NCBI GenBank assembly: GCA_965199755.1
Contig: CBDASZ010000001.1
Coordinates: 96,001 to 160,000, forward strand
DNA from: an uncultured candidatus Porisulfidus sp.
GTDB taxonomy: Bacteria; Pseudomonadota; Gammaproteobacteria; Poriferisulfidales; Poriferisulfidaceae
Reading direction: 5' to 3'
Length of the DNA: 64,000 nt
Shown here: piece after piece, positions 44,401-54,469 of the stretch
Numbering within the stretch: the stretch's first letter is position 1
Layout of the letters: every line of letters begins with the position of its first letter
The notes under the pieces: generated by a model
Told to the model about the DNA's origin: nothing
Databases searched by the model: none
What the model saw: only the letters and a program-made list of their open reading frames with translations
Program-made: the position numbers and the translations under genes

Positions 44401-45741
44401 AATGATTACGATCTCGTAGTCGCTCAAATAACCCTCTTTGATAGCATGAGCGAAACTCATCCGATATGCCTCATCGCCGTATGTTTCGACATCGTCCATA
44501 GAATAACTCTGTCCATCAAAATTGCGTTGCTCGAGTTTTTTTCGATGAGTGGGAGTAAACACCCTCGGAGTTGCCGTCATATAGATACGCTTCCTCGCAG
44601 GTAAATACGTGTCGGAATGCAACAAAAGAAAAGGTGATGTGTTTTCGATCTCACTGGCATGCGGCAGGCTGGAAATTTCCTTGTCTGGGTGTTTGAGCTT
44701 CTTCTTTTTCTGCTTGTTATCTTCAATTCCTGTAGTTCGGTGCGCCTCATCAGCGATGATCAGGTCAAGAGTGGCTTTCTTCCCATCGCGTTCAAGCAAA
44801 GATAATGCGAGCGCAAGAACATCTGATGACTGATAAGTACAAAATACGACTCTCATGGCCCCACCTGGCACAGGCTTGGACAACCTTTCCGCCAACTTCT
44901 TTGGCCGGGTCGTGACGGGGATAGGCATTTCAATTACTGATGTCCCATCATCCCTGCCGACCGTTTTGTCGGAACACACCGCAATGTACTCAATAGGTAC
45001 ATCGCGATCGCGATGGCGAGACCACTCTTTTATGGTCTGCCGAACGAGAGCAAGTGACGGCACCAGATATGCAATGGTCTTGCCGGATCCAAACAATTTC
45101 TCAGCAGTACGCAAAGCAACGAAGGACTTCCCGGTGCCGCACGGCAATATCAGTTTGGTGCGGTCTTTTCCTTCAAGCTCCGCTTGAATGCCCTTAATTG
45201 CCTCTCTTTGAAAGTCGTGTAGTTCATGTCGTTTTGTAACAAAGTGTGATGGCCGGACATCAAATTGTTCAAGTGCACCTACAAGACTCTCCCGATCATC
45301 AAACCAGCCAGCAATATCTTGAGTCGTAATCACTTGACATTCAGGGTTTGCATTTTCGAGTTGCGCCTGTACGTTTGAGGTGAGAGAGCGGGTTGTGACT
45401 ATCAAGCGCAGTTTGAATTTCTCGGACTCGCTGGCACCCAGAAAGGAATCAACTTCAGCTTTTCTTACTGTCGAACTGCCGTACTTCGCTTGGACCGCAA
45501 CTAAGCCTCCGCCGTAAGTTTCCGTCTGTTTGGCAACAATGTCTACGCCAATATCAATCCGGCCCCGGTAATCAACGTTGTCAGGCCAGTCCCTCCAGAG
45601 CCAAACGTTCTCGAACCTGTCACGGCCCCAGTCACCAGGGTGTTTCGTAAAGACCTGATGAATGAACTGTTCAAACGTTCGTCCTTGTTGCTGGCGCGAA
45701 CCTTGAAAGTAATTGTCGAAAATTTCTTCGATGCTTTCCAT
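40819..45741 (-). CDS. Type ISP restriction-modification enzyme (Mrr-like nuclease, SF2 helicase, N6-adenine MTase, partial TRD) with a frame-switchable C-terminus
   Basis: GVDIVA..VAVQAK nuclease; [23 protein letters not shown] helicase; EPFAGTGTF and NPPW MTase; [13 protein letters not shown] motif. Confidence 0.92.
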   Translation of the reverse strand: MESIEEIFDNYFQGSRQQQGRTFEQFIHQVFTKHPGDWGRDRFENVWLWRDWPDNVDYRGRIDIGVDIVAKQTETYGGGLVAVQAKYGSSTVRKAEVDSFLGASESEKFKLRLIVTTRSLTSNVQAQLENANPECQVITTQDIAGWFDDRESLVGALEQFDVRPSHFVTKRHELHDFQREAIKGIQAELEGKDRTKLILPCGTGKSFVALRTAEKLFGSGKTIAYLVPSLALVRQTIKEWSRHRDRDVPIEYIAVCSDKTVGRDDGTSVIEMPIPVTTRPKKLAERLSKPVPGGAMRVVFCTYQSSDVLALALSLLERDGKKATLDLIIADEAHRTTGIEDNKQKKKKLKHPDKEISSLPHASEIENTSPFLLLHSDTYLPARKRIYMTATPRVFTPTHRKKLEQRNFDGQSYSMDDVETYGDEAYRMSFAHAIKEGYLSDYEIVIIGGTQDDFEREVAGREIDVGGEQIDSETIIKLAGCWDALASPLSKGQHPELPIGGINLDQYGEPCRSALVFASRVKESKRIQKVWNDVIKWYSASDEEPSDGQTELLELSVNHLDAKTPAFERDAQLDRLRQVHKDTAGNVCELLTNVRVLTEGVDVPSLDAVVFLQTRRSPIDVTQAVGRVMRRAPHKKIGYVIIPVVLQLQMSWDWGDVKAAAEKTLRKSAFEPVYEIIRALRSHDERLNYEIEAGALPVTFKLLPPLKRDDSVRDDLKDTIYADPEKFRQAIAEKFGSLVIEECGDRHMYLQWGKHAAEISDKIETKINAHVDNNSAVEEHFNGFLVDLQKAVSPNINRTMAVSMLAHHIVTLPVFDEFFSQSHFADDNPVSAAIQKVLDAFEVEGMEYRAELEPLERPYQMMRTALHADELVDEDQRCERNLEKIQDRDAKKLDILRQIYESFFRQAIPGQVKSMGIAYTPVEIVDFVLHSIEAICQKEFGKSISDKNVRILEPFAGTGTFLARLLNLRDNDGNYLIREPDLSRKYRREFFGNELLLLPYYIANLNIEATKHQRQVEEAGVADPSKLSYEPFESLSLVDTLLLDPGSSSARLNLDSDDLEDNYKRVRRQGDADIEVLVTNPPWSSGKDDASEKASNILYQDIAKRVHQTYVQEHTQLTGRAPGGNAGGNLYVKALRWGSDRILKQGQEGVTSGPRILAMVTPNSLSDATSLAGMRKVLRDEFTDIYVANLRGNAYKSGSEWELEGDKVFGSASRNGVQITFLVYDPKKDIKKPATLRIAMVPDSRSLEQKFKWLEDLGDVYHEQFETIPVTPDHAWINLGNPEFNSLMPLCQKNTRAKLTNASASVATSSVAGIKTNLDTYVYSWSREECANKAQALINTYNKTLDILQKPDNQQALDELTSTQNIKSIKWTDALKKTLRKQIRLTFDEANIREVLYRPFVKIWLYEDWRILSAGKTAAALFPRGNETGGGGQSMSQTALKSDGDCLPQGQPPIWDSQGDKAASAPESDSDYNANFADGVRDSRDQHGTGSAYSRSDSSGDAEKATPVNDDIQGISYRYRGGGGSSGAPRATKQFSGPLQPGQQSTCARGAPNKHVESSPNESSHRDPIAIQSNSLRNHSNQNSNRSARSGRGYSPHHAPALLIGSGNGMVFAVCATRTVPDLATIKGSQQTRVVTYRRF
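41170..41183 (-). repeat. poly-G14 slippage tract 2 (coding strand)
   Basis: C14 on the plus strand directly before cassette 3. Confidence 0.95.
41446..41457 (-). repeat. poly-G12 slippage tract 1 (coding strand)
   Basis: C12 on the plus strand directly before cassette 1. Confidence 0.95.
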
Positions 45742-45781
45742 ATTACTAACGCTGGGTGATTGTTAAAAAGGATTCCCAAAC

Positions 45782-46459
45782 CTATGAGTCAAATAAAGAC
45801 CCCGAGTCAGTTGAGACTTCCGATAAAGGTTCAGAGGGCAGTGCCGGCGGCAATGAGCGGATGATTCGGGTCGACTCGATACCAATATAAATGAGGCGGC
45901 GCAAGTGATTGATCAATTCGACAGAGTTATCTGCCCACGCATGCCATGTATTTGGATCGTCACGTATGCCAGAGCGTTTATCAAGCTTCTCACGGAGCGA
46001 GCCAACGGCCCACTCAAGTGGCGACCTGCCAGAGATCTGGTACTCATGCGCCTCAGGAGGGATATCGACTAGTCTGCAATGGTCATTGACGTGAAGAACG
46101 GACCTGTCTTCCTGCTTTGTTTCAGGGTCCTTGCCAAACCGCATCTGCTTGACAATCCGGTACCTGAGATTCTCATCGACACTCTCGTCAACGATACACT
46201 TGACATCAGCCAGAGGAGCTTGCTCGTAGTCGGCGTGCAACTCGAAAAGCTCCGCGCCTGCTTTACAAAATTTCTGAAAGGCCTCAACCCCACCTGGGAC
46301 GAGCGGGATGGATGGCAGATTCTTCTGTAGATCATTCTTGAACTCACGCCGCCAGTCGGGCGCGTGCATAACACCGTAAATGTAATCCCAAACGTCGTCT
46401 TTGGTTATATCCTCTGATTGATAGACTTTCTGAAACTGTGCCAGCGACCAATCGGACAC
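45782..46459 (-). CDS. separately encoded C-terminal part of the Type ISP specificity domain
   Basis: ITKDDVWDYIYGVMHAPDWRREFKNDLQKNLPSIP, IPPEAHEYQISGRSPLEW, SGIRDDPN: the usual extreme C-terminus of ISP enzymes. Confidence 0.88.
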   Translation of the reverse strand: MSDWSLAQFQKVYQSEDITKDDVWDYIYGVMHAPDWRREFKNDLQKNLPSIPLVPGGVEAFQKFCKAGAELFELHADYEQAPLADVKCIVDESVDENLRYRIVKQMRFGKDPETKQEDRSVLHVNDHCRLVDIPPEAHEYQISGRSPLEWAVGSLREKLDKRSGIRDDPNTWHAWADNSVELINHLRRLIYIGIESTRIIRSLPPALPSEPLSEVSTDSGSLFDS

Positions 46460-46478
46460 ATTATCTGTTTCATATGGA

Positions 46479-46493
46479 GGGGGGGGGGGGGGG
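46479..46493 (-). repeat. poly-C15 tract (coding strand) just after an out-of-frame ATG
   Basis: G15 on the plus strand; ATG at 46500-46498. Confidence 0.95.
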
Positions 46494-46513
46494 CAAGCAT
46501 GGGAATCCCGGTG

Positions 46514-47374
46514 CTAATTGCCCGAGTTATGTAGTGCCGCCTTCACAGTATTCGCCATCAAGCAGGCAACTGTCATGGGCCCGGTGCCGCCTGGCATCGG
46601 CGTGATATAGTCAACCACTTCGTGCACTAAATCAAATTGAATATCTCCTCGTATTATGCCATCCACACGCGAGACCCCCACATCAAAGACGGCGGCACCC
46701 GGTTTAACGTGATCGGCACTAATGATCCCGGGACTTCCGGCAGCTGCTACCAGAATATCCGCCTCCCGCGTCAACTGCATCAGGTCCCGTGTGCGCGAAT
46801 GCGCCAGTGTTACCGTCGCATCCACGCCTCGCTCAGCCAACATCATTGCCATTGGCACGCCGACCAGCCGGGAGCGACCCAGTACAACTGCACGTGCGCC
46901 CTCGGTCTCAATTTTGTAATGGTTAATCAGTTCAATCACACCCGACGGCGTGCAGGGGCGCAGGCCTGGCAAGCCAACCGACAAGCGGCCTAGGTTGATT
47001 TCAGTCAGACCATCGACATCCTTGTGCGGTGGAATTGCGTGTAGAACAGGCCCTGCGTCCAAGTGCGATGGCAACGGCATCTGCACCAGAATTCCGTGCA
47101 CGGTCGAATCCTGCGCCAGAATGTGAATCGCTTCAATCAGATCTTCTTGCTTGGTGTCTGAGGGAAGCGCCAGATGACGGGACAGGATGCCTACTTCGCC
47201 GGCTTCCGCGATCTTCCGTGAGATGTACAACTGGCTGGCCGGATCGTCACCGACCAACACCGTGGCTAGTGTGATGGGAGGAAGGCCGCGAATTTGCTCA
47301 CGCAGCCGACCGCACAAAGCATGCGCGACGGCAGTGCCGTCGATAATCTTCCCGGAATGTAAGGGCTCACTCAA
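46514..47374 (-). CDS. folD: methylenetetrahydrofolate dehydrogenase/cyclohydrolase
   Basis: [42 protein letters not shown]. Confidence 0.95.
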   Translation of the reverse strand: MSEPLHSGKIIDGTAVAHALCGRLREQIRGLPPITLATVLVGDDPASQLYISRKIAEAGEVGILSRHLALPSDTKQEDLIEAIHILAQDSTVHGILVQMPLPSHLDAGPVLHAIPPHKDVDGLTEINLGRLSVGLPGLRPCTPSGVIELINHYKIETEGARAVVLGRSRLVGVPMAMMLAERGVDATVTLAHSRTRDLMQLTREADILVAAAGSPGIISADHVKPGAAVFDVGVSRVDGIIRGDIQFDLVHEVVDYITPMPGGTGPMTVACLMANTVKAALHNSGN

Positions 47375-48293
47375 GAGGAGGCTGTTTGTCCGGGTCCAGG
47401 TAAATCAGGTTCTTGCCCAGCCGGCCACCGTAGTTGCCCGCCGAGATCATGATCAAGCCGTCCGTATCCTTGGCCGCGTCAATCGCCGCGTGAGTCGCGT
47501 CAATGATGGTCGGCAGATCCCGACCATTGATGATGATCTCCATGACCGAGTTGACGCCTTCCGGCAAACCGTCCTCGACCTCTGGATCATCCTGCAACAA
47601 GGGGCAGTATTTCTCGTAGGTGCTGGCAATGGAGAAGCTGTAGTCGCTGCCCGGTTTGGAGCCGGAACCCGCGATGCCGCCGGGGAAACACATCACCACG
47701 CCGGGCGTCGCCGCTACCGCTTTCACGCCAGCCTCGGCCGCTTCCAGCGCCGAGTCCACACCGTCACCAAAAAACCAGAGATTGCCGCCCATCAGGCCGT
47801 CCGCATAACCGAGACGCCGATCAAGCACAAACTCACCGCCGAGAATCGGCACCCACCACATCCGACGGCCAAAGCGTTCAATCCGTTTCTGCTTGCCGTT
47901 GCCGAAATACGCCACCTTGCGGCCCATCTGGTAGTACTCTTCCGTATCCAGCAGGTTGAAGCAACTGGCTGTCGGGCAGGTCAGGACGTTTTGGCTGATG
48001 CGCACCAGCGCGGCGCGCTCAAGTTTGGTCACACGGTCTTTCCAAAAGCGCGGCACATGCAACTGCACAATGGCACCGGGGCGTCCGTCAGGGGTCTCAA
48101 AACTCTCATCGCCGCCCGGCCCCACGAAGCGATCCAATCCCGCCTCGCAGTCGCACAGGATGGTGCTGGCGGCATTGCCGACCGCCGCGTCCACTGCGTG
48201 CTTGACCCAGGTTTGGTCCCGGGCCGTAATCAGAAACTCCGCGTAAAGGCTTTTGAATGCCTCGGCGTAAGTATCGTCAATTCGCGCCGCCAT
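47367..48293 (-). CDS. formylmethanofuran-tetrahydromethanopterin N-formyltransferase family protein (Ftr/FhcD)
   Basis: IDDTYAEAF, CDCEAG, TPDGRPG, VLTCPT, GGNLW, FPGGI..SGSK, EIIING, ISAGNYGGRLG. Confidence 0.9.
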   Translation of the reverse strand: MAARIDDTYAEAFKSLYAEFLITARDQTWVKHAVDAAVGNAASTILCDCEAGLDRFVGPGGDESFETPDGRPGAIVQLHVPRFWKDRVTKLERAALVRISQNVLTCPTASCFNLLDTEEYYQMGRKVAYFGNGKQKRIERFGRRMWWVPILGGEFVLDRRLGYADGLMGGNLWFFGDGVDSALEAAEAGVKAVAATPGVVMCFPGGIAGSGSKPGSDYSFSIASTYEKYCPLLQDDPEVEDGLPEGVNSVMEIIINGRDLPTIIDATHAAIDAAKDTDGLIMISAGNYGGRLGKNLIYLDPDKQPPLE

Positions 48294-48297
48294 CAGA

Positions 48298-48930
48298 TCA
48301 ATCCCGGCCGCGACCTGTGTACACCGCCGCTTCGGTCACAACGTAGTCCATATACACATCGTGCGGTGCCACCAGAATCTCATCAAACAGTTGCGATTCA
48401 TAGCACAGCGACACCAGCGTGCAATCCGAGCGGGAGCGCTCCAGCAAGCGATCGTAGTAGCCTTGCCCGTTGCCCATGCGACCACCGTCACGGTCGAAGC
48501 CAACGCCGGGAACCATCACAAAGTCCAGCTCTTCCGGTTCGACTTCCTTGTCCGGGTTGCCCCACATGTCTTTCGGCGGCTCCAGAATGTTCCATTTGCC
48601 GACCACCATCTCCTCGAGGCTTTCCATGTGCCACAGGCCGAGCTTGTTCTCGCCCTGCTCATCCACGGTGCAGTACGGCACGATCACTTTCTTCTCGCCG
48701 CGCGCCACTTCTTCGAGCAATTCCGGCTTGGTGCGGGTCTCGGAGCGGCAATCGATGTACCACATGATGACGTGGGCTTTCTGGTATTCCTCCAGCGCCA
48801 TCAATCGGGCGACCGCCTGATGGCTGATTTCATCTTTGTTTTCCTGGGCATTGCGGCGATCGTAGGCTTCGCGGCGCATTTTGCCCTTGCGCTCCATGAT
48901 GGCTTCGAGTTCTTCTTGCGACAAGGCCAT
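48298..48930 (-). CDS. 5-formyltetrahydrofolate cyclo-ligase
   Basis: [35 protein letters not shown]. Confidence 0.92.
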   Translation of the reverse strand: MALSQEELEAIMERKGKMRREAYDRRNAQENKDEISHQAVARLMALEEYQKAHVIMWYIDCRSETRTKPELLEEVARGEKKVIVPYCTVDEQGENKLGLWHMESLEEMVVGKWNILEPPKDMWGNPDKEVEPEELDFVMVPGVGFDRDGGRMGNGQGYYDRLLERSRSDCTLVSLCYESQLFDEILVAPHDVYMDYVVTEAAVYTGRGRD

Positions 48931-49004
48931 AAAGTTCTCCTGCAGAATCAGTAATTGGGGGGTGAGTACAAAATCAAAAAGTATGAAGCGTGAATTATAG
49001 GGGA

Positions 49005-50024
49005 TTATGGCGACGCCTCGCCTATCAACTCATCAACCAGCCGCCGTGCCGTCGCCGGCGCGCACACAATCCCGTGGCGGTAGTGTCCAGTATTAAAGTA
49101 AAGCCCGCGGATTTCAGAACTCGCGCCGAACAGAGGCCCGTCCTGTGCGCCGCACGGGCGCAAGCCTGACCATTGCTCATCCGGCATGTCCGAAAGCCCC
49201 GGATACCAGCGTTGCGCGAACTCTGTCAACTGCGCACCCGCCTCCGGCGTGGTGCCCACATCAAACTCCACCGTCTCATTGGTCGCACCAGCAAGCAAGG
49301 TGCCGTCCGCGCGTGACACCAGATACTGATCGTCCTCCAGAATGATGGGCAGCCCCGTCGTATCCACTTCTCGCCACACCACAATCTGACCGCGGCGCGG
49401 CGTAATTTCGGTCGGTGCCTGCGGAAAGATCTTCGTGCTCCAGGCCCCGGCCGCCAGCACCACTTGATCCGCCGTCCATTCGCGCTGGCCGTCTGACACC
49501 CCCATCACCACGCCATTCTCATGGCAGATTTCTGCTACCTGCGCTGTCTCCCACTGCATGCCGTGCGACTGTAGCGTCTTGCGTATATGTTGCAGAAAAG
49601 CCTTTGGGTCAATTTGCGCGATGTCCGGCAATAACACCGCGTCTTCCTGCAAGGGTGCCAGTTGCGGGTAGCGCTCCCGGCAGGCCTCCGGTGTCAGCAC
49701 CTCGACCGCATCACCCTGCTGTCGCGCCCGCTGCGCCAGATTCGTGACGTCCGCGCCAAGCACCAGCAATCCGCGGCGCTCAAAGCCGGTGCTACTCTCT
49801 GCGCCTGCGCATAATTTCCGATAGCGGCCGCGCCCTTCGCGCGCCAGCGTCTCCCACAGGCTGTCGTGCGCCCAATCCCGAATGCAGAACAGCATCCCGG
49901 CGGAAGCCGGAGTGGCCGCGCCGGGGACTTCCGCCTCCAGCACATACGGCCTCATGGCCCTGCGCTGCAGTTCGTACGCAGTAAGCGTCCCGGCAATGCC
50001 GCCTCCGATCACGCAGGCGACCAT
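49005..50024 (-). CDS. glycine oxidase ThiO-like FAD-dependent oxidoreductase
   Basis: IGGGIAG, SAGML, AAGAWS, PRRGQ, WSGLRP, TGHYRHGI. Confidence 0.85.
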   Translation of the reverse strand: MVACVIGGGIAGTLTAYELQRRAMRPYVLEAEVPGAATPASAGMLFCIRDWAHDSLWETLAREGRGRYRKLCAGAESSTGFERRGLLVLGADVTNLAQRARQQGDAVEVLTPEACRERYPQLAPLQEDAVLLPDIAQIDPKAFLQHIRKTLQSHGMQWETAQVAEICHENGVVMGVSDGQREWTADQVVLAAGAWSTKIFPQAPTEITPRRGQIVVWREVDTTGLPIILEDDQYLVSRADGTLLAGATNETVEFDVGTTPEAGAQLTEFAQRWYPGLSDMPDEQWSGLRPCGAQDGPLFGASSEIRGLYFNTGHYRHGIVCAPATARRLVDELIGEASP

Positions 50025-50030
50025 AATGAC

Positions 50031-50612
50031 TTACTGCAGACGTTCGGCCTTGATAATGACGACCTGATCGACCGGCACATCATCATGTGGACCCTGCGAT
50101 CCGGTCTGCACCGTGGCGATGGCATCGATCACTTCCATGCCTTTGACCACCCGCCCGAACACCGCGTAGCCCCAGCCCTGCGCGGTCGGCGCACTGTGGT
50201 TGAGAAAGTTGTTGTCGGCCAGATTGATGAAGAACTGCCCGGTGGCCGAGTCTGGATCCGAGGTCCGCGCCATGGCGATGGAGCCGCGCACGTTCAGCAG
50301 GCCGGAATCCGCCTCGTTCTTGATCGGTTCGCGCGTCTCTCGCTGCGTGAAGTCGCGGTCGAAGCCGCCGCCCTGAATCATGAATCCGGGGATGACTCGA
50401 TGAAAGATCAGACCATCGAAAAATTTGTCATCGACGTACTGCATGAAGTTCCGGGTCGTAACTGGCGCGTTCTTCGCGTCCAGTTCAAGGGTGATGGGCC
50501 CGGAAGTGGTTTCCATCAGAACCTGAGGGTTTGCCGTATCTGCGGCCATAGTGATTTCTCCCGAAAAAAGCGCCATGCCCAAGAGTAATCCCAAGTATGT
50601 TTGCCGAAGCAT
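50031..50612 (-). CDS. ppiA: periplasmic cyclophilin-type peptidyl-prolyl isomerase
   Basis: Signal peptide; FHRVIPGFMIQGGG, AMART, QFFIN, GYAVFG. Confidence 0.9.
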   Translation of the reverse strand: MLRQTYLGLLLGMALFSGEITMAADTANPQVLMETTSGPITLELDAKNAPVTTRNFMQYVDDKFFDGLIFHRVIPGFMIQGGGFDRDFTQRETREPIKNEADSGLLNVRGSIAMARTSDPDSATGQFFINLADNNFLNHSAPTAQGWGYAVFGRVVKGMEVIDAIATVQTGSQGPHDDVPVDQVVIIKAERLQ

Positions 50613-50710
50613 GGTGGTTACTGAATCTCCTGAAAATGTGCGGGTAAAAAGGTGCCAACCGCCCCGCGCGCGACAACTCCCGGTTGAGGCTGAACACAGC
50701 AGGGCCGAAA

Positions 50711-50786
50711 TGGTGCCGGCGAGAGGAATCGAACCCCCGACCTACTGATTACGAAACAGTTGCTCTACCGACTGAGCTACACCGGC
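50711..50786 (-). tRNA. tRNA-Thr(CGT)
   Basis: Minus-strand cloverleaf, anticodon loop TTCGTAA, CCA end. Confidence 0.93.
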
Positions 50787-50888
50787 GCGTGAAGCAGGCG
50801 GGTATTATACGCCTGCCCCTGATTTCTCACCCTCCAAATACCCTCTGCCTTTATAATAAACTCGCACCGCGTTGCGGTTCCGAGCCTC

Positions 50889-53189
50889 GTGAATTTTTCA
50901 GCATACTTCCCCTCTCTGACTTGCACCTCCCCGACACTCGCTCGGTGTAGCGGCATTACGAGCCTGCTTTTGTGTTTGAATGCTACGCCTGTTCTTGCCG
51001 AAGAAGGCCCCGCATCAATCACTCCGATTGACCCCGCGCAGTGCGGATCCGCGTCGCGCGTACCCTCCGCGACGCCCGGAAAACTTGATGAAATCGAACT
51101 GGAAGCCGACTCGATAGAGCAGCAGGAATCGCACATTAAACTGCACGGCGCGGTACGCATCCGCCACGGCGCGTGGTATGCCAACGCCGATGCCGCCGAT
51201 ATCGATCAAGAACAGGAACGCGCTGAACTCTCCGGTAACGTGCGCCTGCAAGGCGCTGGCATTCAGGCCGATACTGATAGCGCCACACTGGAATACGTAC
51301 GCAACTACATCGCGCTTGCGCACACACGCTACGAGACCTCCGGCGGCGGGCGCGGCACCAGCGCGCGGCTGACCTACACCGGCGACGGCAAGGTGGAGGC
51401 CGAGTCAGCCACCTACACAACCTGCACGCTGGACAATCCGTCCTGGTATCTGTCCGCCAGCACCGTGCACGTCGACACCGAACGCGGTCAGGGCAAAGCC
51501 AAAAATGCCGTCCTGCGCTTGGGCGGCGTACCGATCATGTATCTGCCCTGGATCGGATTCCCGGTCGGCGAGGAACGCCAAAGCGGCTGGCTGGTGCCCT
51601 CGATCGGCTCCTCCGACGATCTCGGCTATTCGCTGGAGACCCCGTACTATTTCAATCTCGCGCCGCATTACGACGCCATTTTGTCCGCGCGCTACATGGG
51701 ACGGCGCGGTATGCAGGTACTGCCACGCATGCGCTATCGCAACCACTTCGGAGACGGCTCGATGCGGGCCGAGTTCATCGCAGACCAGAAACTGCATGAC
51801 GACCGCTACTTGATGCAATGGCGTCACCATGTCGAGCGCGGCAATCTGGAAGCCTATGTACGCTACACCAACGTCTCTGATCGCGAGTACCTGGAGGACT
51901 TCGAGTCCGGCATCGGTGGCATTTCACGCACACGCCTGCGGCAGGAAGCGCACGCGATCTGGCGCTCGGATCATTGGCGCGTCTCGGCCGGGCTGACCGG
52001 CATGGATCCGCTGAAAGACCATGTGGAGACCTGGGACCGGCTGCCGCGAATCCGCGCCAATGCCAACTTTGATCTGCCGTCACTCGGCCTGCAAATCAGA
52101 CCTTCTTTCGCCATGGATGCGTTTCACGGCGACCTACAGGATCTATCGGTCTCGCCAGAGGCGCCGGAGCAGCTCTTGACGAACATTGGTGAGATTCTGG
52201 TGCCCGCGGAAGGCGAACGCTATGACGCCGCTCTCGACATCGCGCGGCCGTTTGCCGGGATTGGCTGGAAGGTCACGCCCCGACTGCAATGGCGGCACAC
52301 GACATATGATCTGGACTATGCCGAGGGTCTGGAAGGCGACGACTCGCCGTCACGGACGCTGCCAACCTTCAGTCTGGACGCCCAGATGCGCTTTGAGCGA
52401 CGCACCGCTGACGGCGATCTGCAAACGCTGGAGCCGCGAGTGTTTTATCTGAATCGTCCGCATCGCGACCAGCATCACTTGCCGCGCTTTGACACCCGCC
52501 GCCTGCAACCGGACTACGATGCCCTGTTTCGCGGTTACGAACACTCCGGGCTGGATCGTTTTGAGGCGGCTGATCAGCTGGCCGTCGGGGTCAGCACGCG
52601 GGTAATGGACCGGGTTGCCCATTACATGAAGTTTCAGGCGCAGTTGGCGCGCATATGGTATTTCCGCAAGCCGGGCGGCACTACAACCGAAGGCAGCGAC
52701 ACGCACTCGGCATGGGCGGCGCAGGTGCGCTGGCGGCCGCAGCCGCAGTGGGAGTTCTCCTCCTCATTGCGTCACGATCCTGGCCGCCCCGGCTCCGACG
52801 TCGTGTGGGCCTCGCATCAACTGGAATGGCGCGGTTCGGAAGATCAGCGCTTTCAGGTGCGCTACACCCGCCGTGCCGGCGACTATGAACAAATGGGCAC
52901 GCATGTGCTGTTGCCGCTGGGCGATCACTGGCGGATTGCGGCACGCTACCACTACGATCTGCGCAACAGCCGCGGATTAGAACAGATGATTGCGCTGGAG
53001 CATGAAAGTTGCTGCATCACGATCGGCATCGGCGCATGGCGGATCCGTCGCGATGCCGGCAGCCTTGAGGAAGATTACGACAACCGCATTCTCTTGCAAA
53101 TCCGCTTCCACGGTCTGGCTGGCTTTGGCGAAGATCTGGCGGGCCGACTGCGCCGCGAGTTGGATGGTGAACCTGTATGGAAGTACTGA
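50889..53189 (+). CDS. lptD: LPS assembly protein LptD (start uncertain)
   Basis: ATYTTC, PYYFNLAPHYD, QTLEPRVFY, ESCC; lptD-surA-pdxA synteny. Confidence 0.92.
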   Translation: MNFSAYFPSLTCTSPTLARCSGITSLLLCLNATPVLAEEGPASITPIDPAQCGSASRVPSATPGKLDEIELEADSIEQQESHIKLHGAVRIRHGAWYANADAADIDQEQERAELSGNVRLQGAGIQADTDSATLEYVRNYIALAHTRYETSGGGRGTSARLTYTGDGKVEAESATYTTCTLDNPSWYLSASTVHVDTERGQGKAKNAVLRLGGVPIMYLPWIGFPVGEERQSGWLVPSIGSSDDLGYSLETPYYFNLAPHYDAILSARYMGRRGMQVLPRMRYRNHFGDGSMRAEFIADQKLHDDRYLMQWRHHVERGNLEAYVRYTNVSDREYLEDFESGIGGISRTRLRQEAHAIWRSDHWRVSAGLTGMDPLKDHVETWDRLPRIRANANFDLPSLGLQIRPSFAMDAFHGDLQDLSVSPEAPEQLLTNIGEILVPAEGERYDAALDIARPFAGIGWKVTPRLQWRHTTYDLDYAEGLEGDDSPSRTLPTFSLDAQMRFERRTADGDLQTLEPRVFYLNRPHRDQHHLPRFDTRRLQPDYDALFRGYEHSGLDRFEAADQLAVGVSTRVMDRVAHYMKFQAQLARIWYFRKPGGTTTEGSDTHSAWAAQVRWRPQPQWEFSSSLRHDPGRPGSDVVWASHQLEWRGSEDQRFQVRYTRRAGDYEQMGTHVLLPLGDHWRIAARYHYDLRNSRGLEQMIALEHESCCITIGIGAWRIRRDAGSLEEDYDNRILLQIRFHGLAGFGEDLAGRLRRELDGEPVWKY

Positions 53190-54469
53190 TTCGCCGAATC
53201 CTCTGCAGCCTCCTCCTTGTGCTCGGCACCGCTCAGGCCGAGATGCTGGATCATGTCGTGGTGGTGGTCGAGGACGATGTCATCACGGCCACCGAACTGG
53301 ACCAGCGCCTGCGCATCATCGCGCAGCAGGTCCAGCAAAGCGACACACCATTGCCGCCGATTGAGCAGTTGCGCAATCAGGTGCTCGATCACATGGTGCT
53401 GAACCTGCTGCAGATCCAACGCGCCGAACAGATTGGCGTGTCGGTATCAACTCAGGAACTCATGGAGGAAGTCAACGCGCTAGCACAGCGCAACCAGATG
53501 ACTCTGGAGGAATTTGAGCGTCAAGTGGAGCGCAGCGGCGTCATGTTCCCGTACTTCGTCCAGTATCTGCGCGACCAGATGCTGACGCAGCGCGTCCAGC
53601 AGGCCGAATCGCGCCGGCTGGTGCGCATCACCGATGATGAAATCGATAATTTCCTGCGTTTGCACTCAGACCGACTAATCGGAGAGACCCGCTACCATCT
53701 CGGCCATATCCTGATTGCCATTCCGGTGGAAGCGACCTCGCAGGATGTGCGCAACGCCGAGAAACGCGCCAACCGACTGCGTGATCGAATCGTCGACGGC
53801 GAGAACTTCGCCAGTCTGGCGCTGACTGAATCCGACGGGCGCAACGCGCTGAAAGGCGGTGACATGGGCTGGCGCGACAACGCCACCTTGCCGGCGATCG
53901 CCGCGCAGGGAGTGCCGGAACTGCAGGCGGGCGAAGTGACAAAAGTGCTGAAAAGCCCAAGCGGCTTTCATCTGTTCTACCTGATCGCGAAGGAAACCGC
54001 GGACCAGATCATGGTCAAGCAGACCCATTCGCGCCACATTCTGCTGATCCCCAATGCGATAATGGATGAGGATGAGGTGCAGGCGCGGCTCAAAGACCTG
54101 AAGAAGCGCGTCACGATCGGCGGCGAGGACTTCGGCGAACTGGCGCGCTCGCATTCTGACGATACCACCTCCGCCGTGGTCGGCGGCGATTTGGACTGGC
54201 GCTCGCCCGGCGAACTGGATCCGCGCTTTGAGGAACAAATGAACCGTTTGCAGCCGAACGAGATCAGCGAGCCGTTTCAAAGCAGTTTTGGCTGGCACCT
54301 TGTGCAGGTGCTGGACCGGCGCGAGGTGGATGAGACGCAACAGACCATGCGCCAGCGCGCGCTCAATTATCTGGCGCAGTCACGGGTTAGTCAGGAAGTA
54401 GAAATCTGGCTGCAGCGCCTGCTGAAAAACGCCTACGTCCAGTACCTCACCGCTTCGGACGATGCCTGA
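53177..54469 (+). CDS. surA: chaperone SurA
   Basis: Two parvulin domains (HILI, GGDMGW, GGDLDW, FGWHLV). Confidence 0.93.
   Translation: MEVLIRRILCSLLLVLGTAQAEMLDHVVVVVEDDVITATELDQRLRIIAQQVQQSDTPLPPIEQLRNQVLDHMVLNLLQIQRAEQIGVSVSTQELMEEVNALAQRNQMTLEEFERQVERSGVMFPYFVQYLRDQMLTQRVQQAESRRLVRITDDEIDNFLRLHSDRLIGETRYHLGHILIAIPVEATSQDVRNAEKRANRLRDRIVDGENFASLALTESDGRNALKGGDMGWRDNATLPAIAAQGVPELQAGEVTKVLKSPSGFHLFYLIAKETADQIMVKQTHSRHILLIPNAIMDEDEVQARLKDLKKRVTIGGEDFGELARSHSDDTTSAVVGGDLDWRSPGELDPRFEEQMNRLQPNEISEPFQSSFGWHLVQVLDRREVDETQQTMRQRALNYLAQSRVSQEVEIWLQRLLKNAYVQYLTASDDA

Noticed and set aside
45782-46516. folD stop-codon readthrough into the TRD subunit
   Set aside because: The two are in frame across one TAG only at the current C15 length; no recoding signal is seen and the fusion makes no functional sense.
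47187-48767. 526-aa plus-strand ORF
   Set aside because: Antisense shadow of ftr and the cyclo-ligase; no recognisable motifs.
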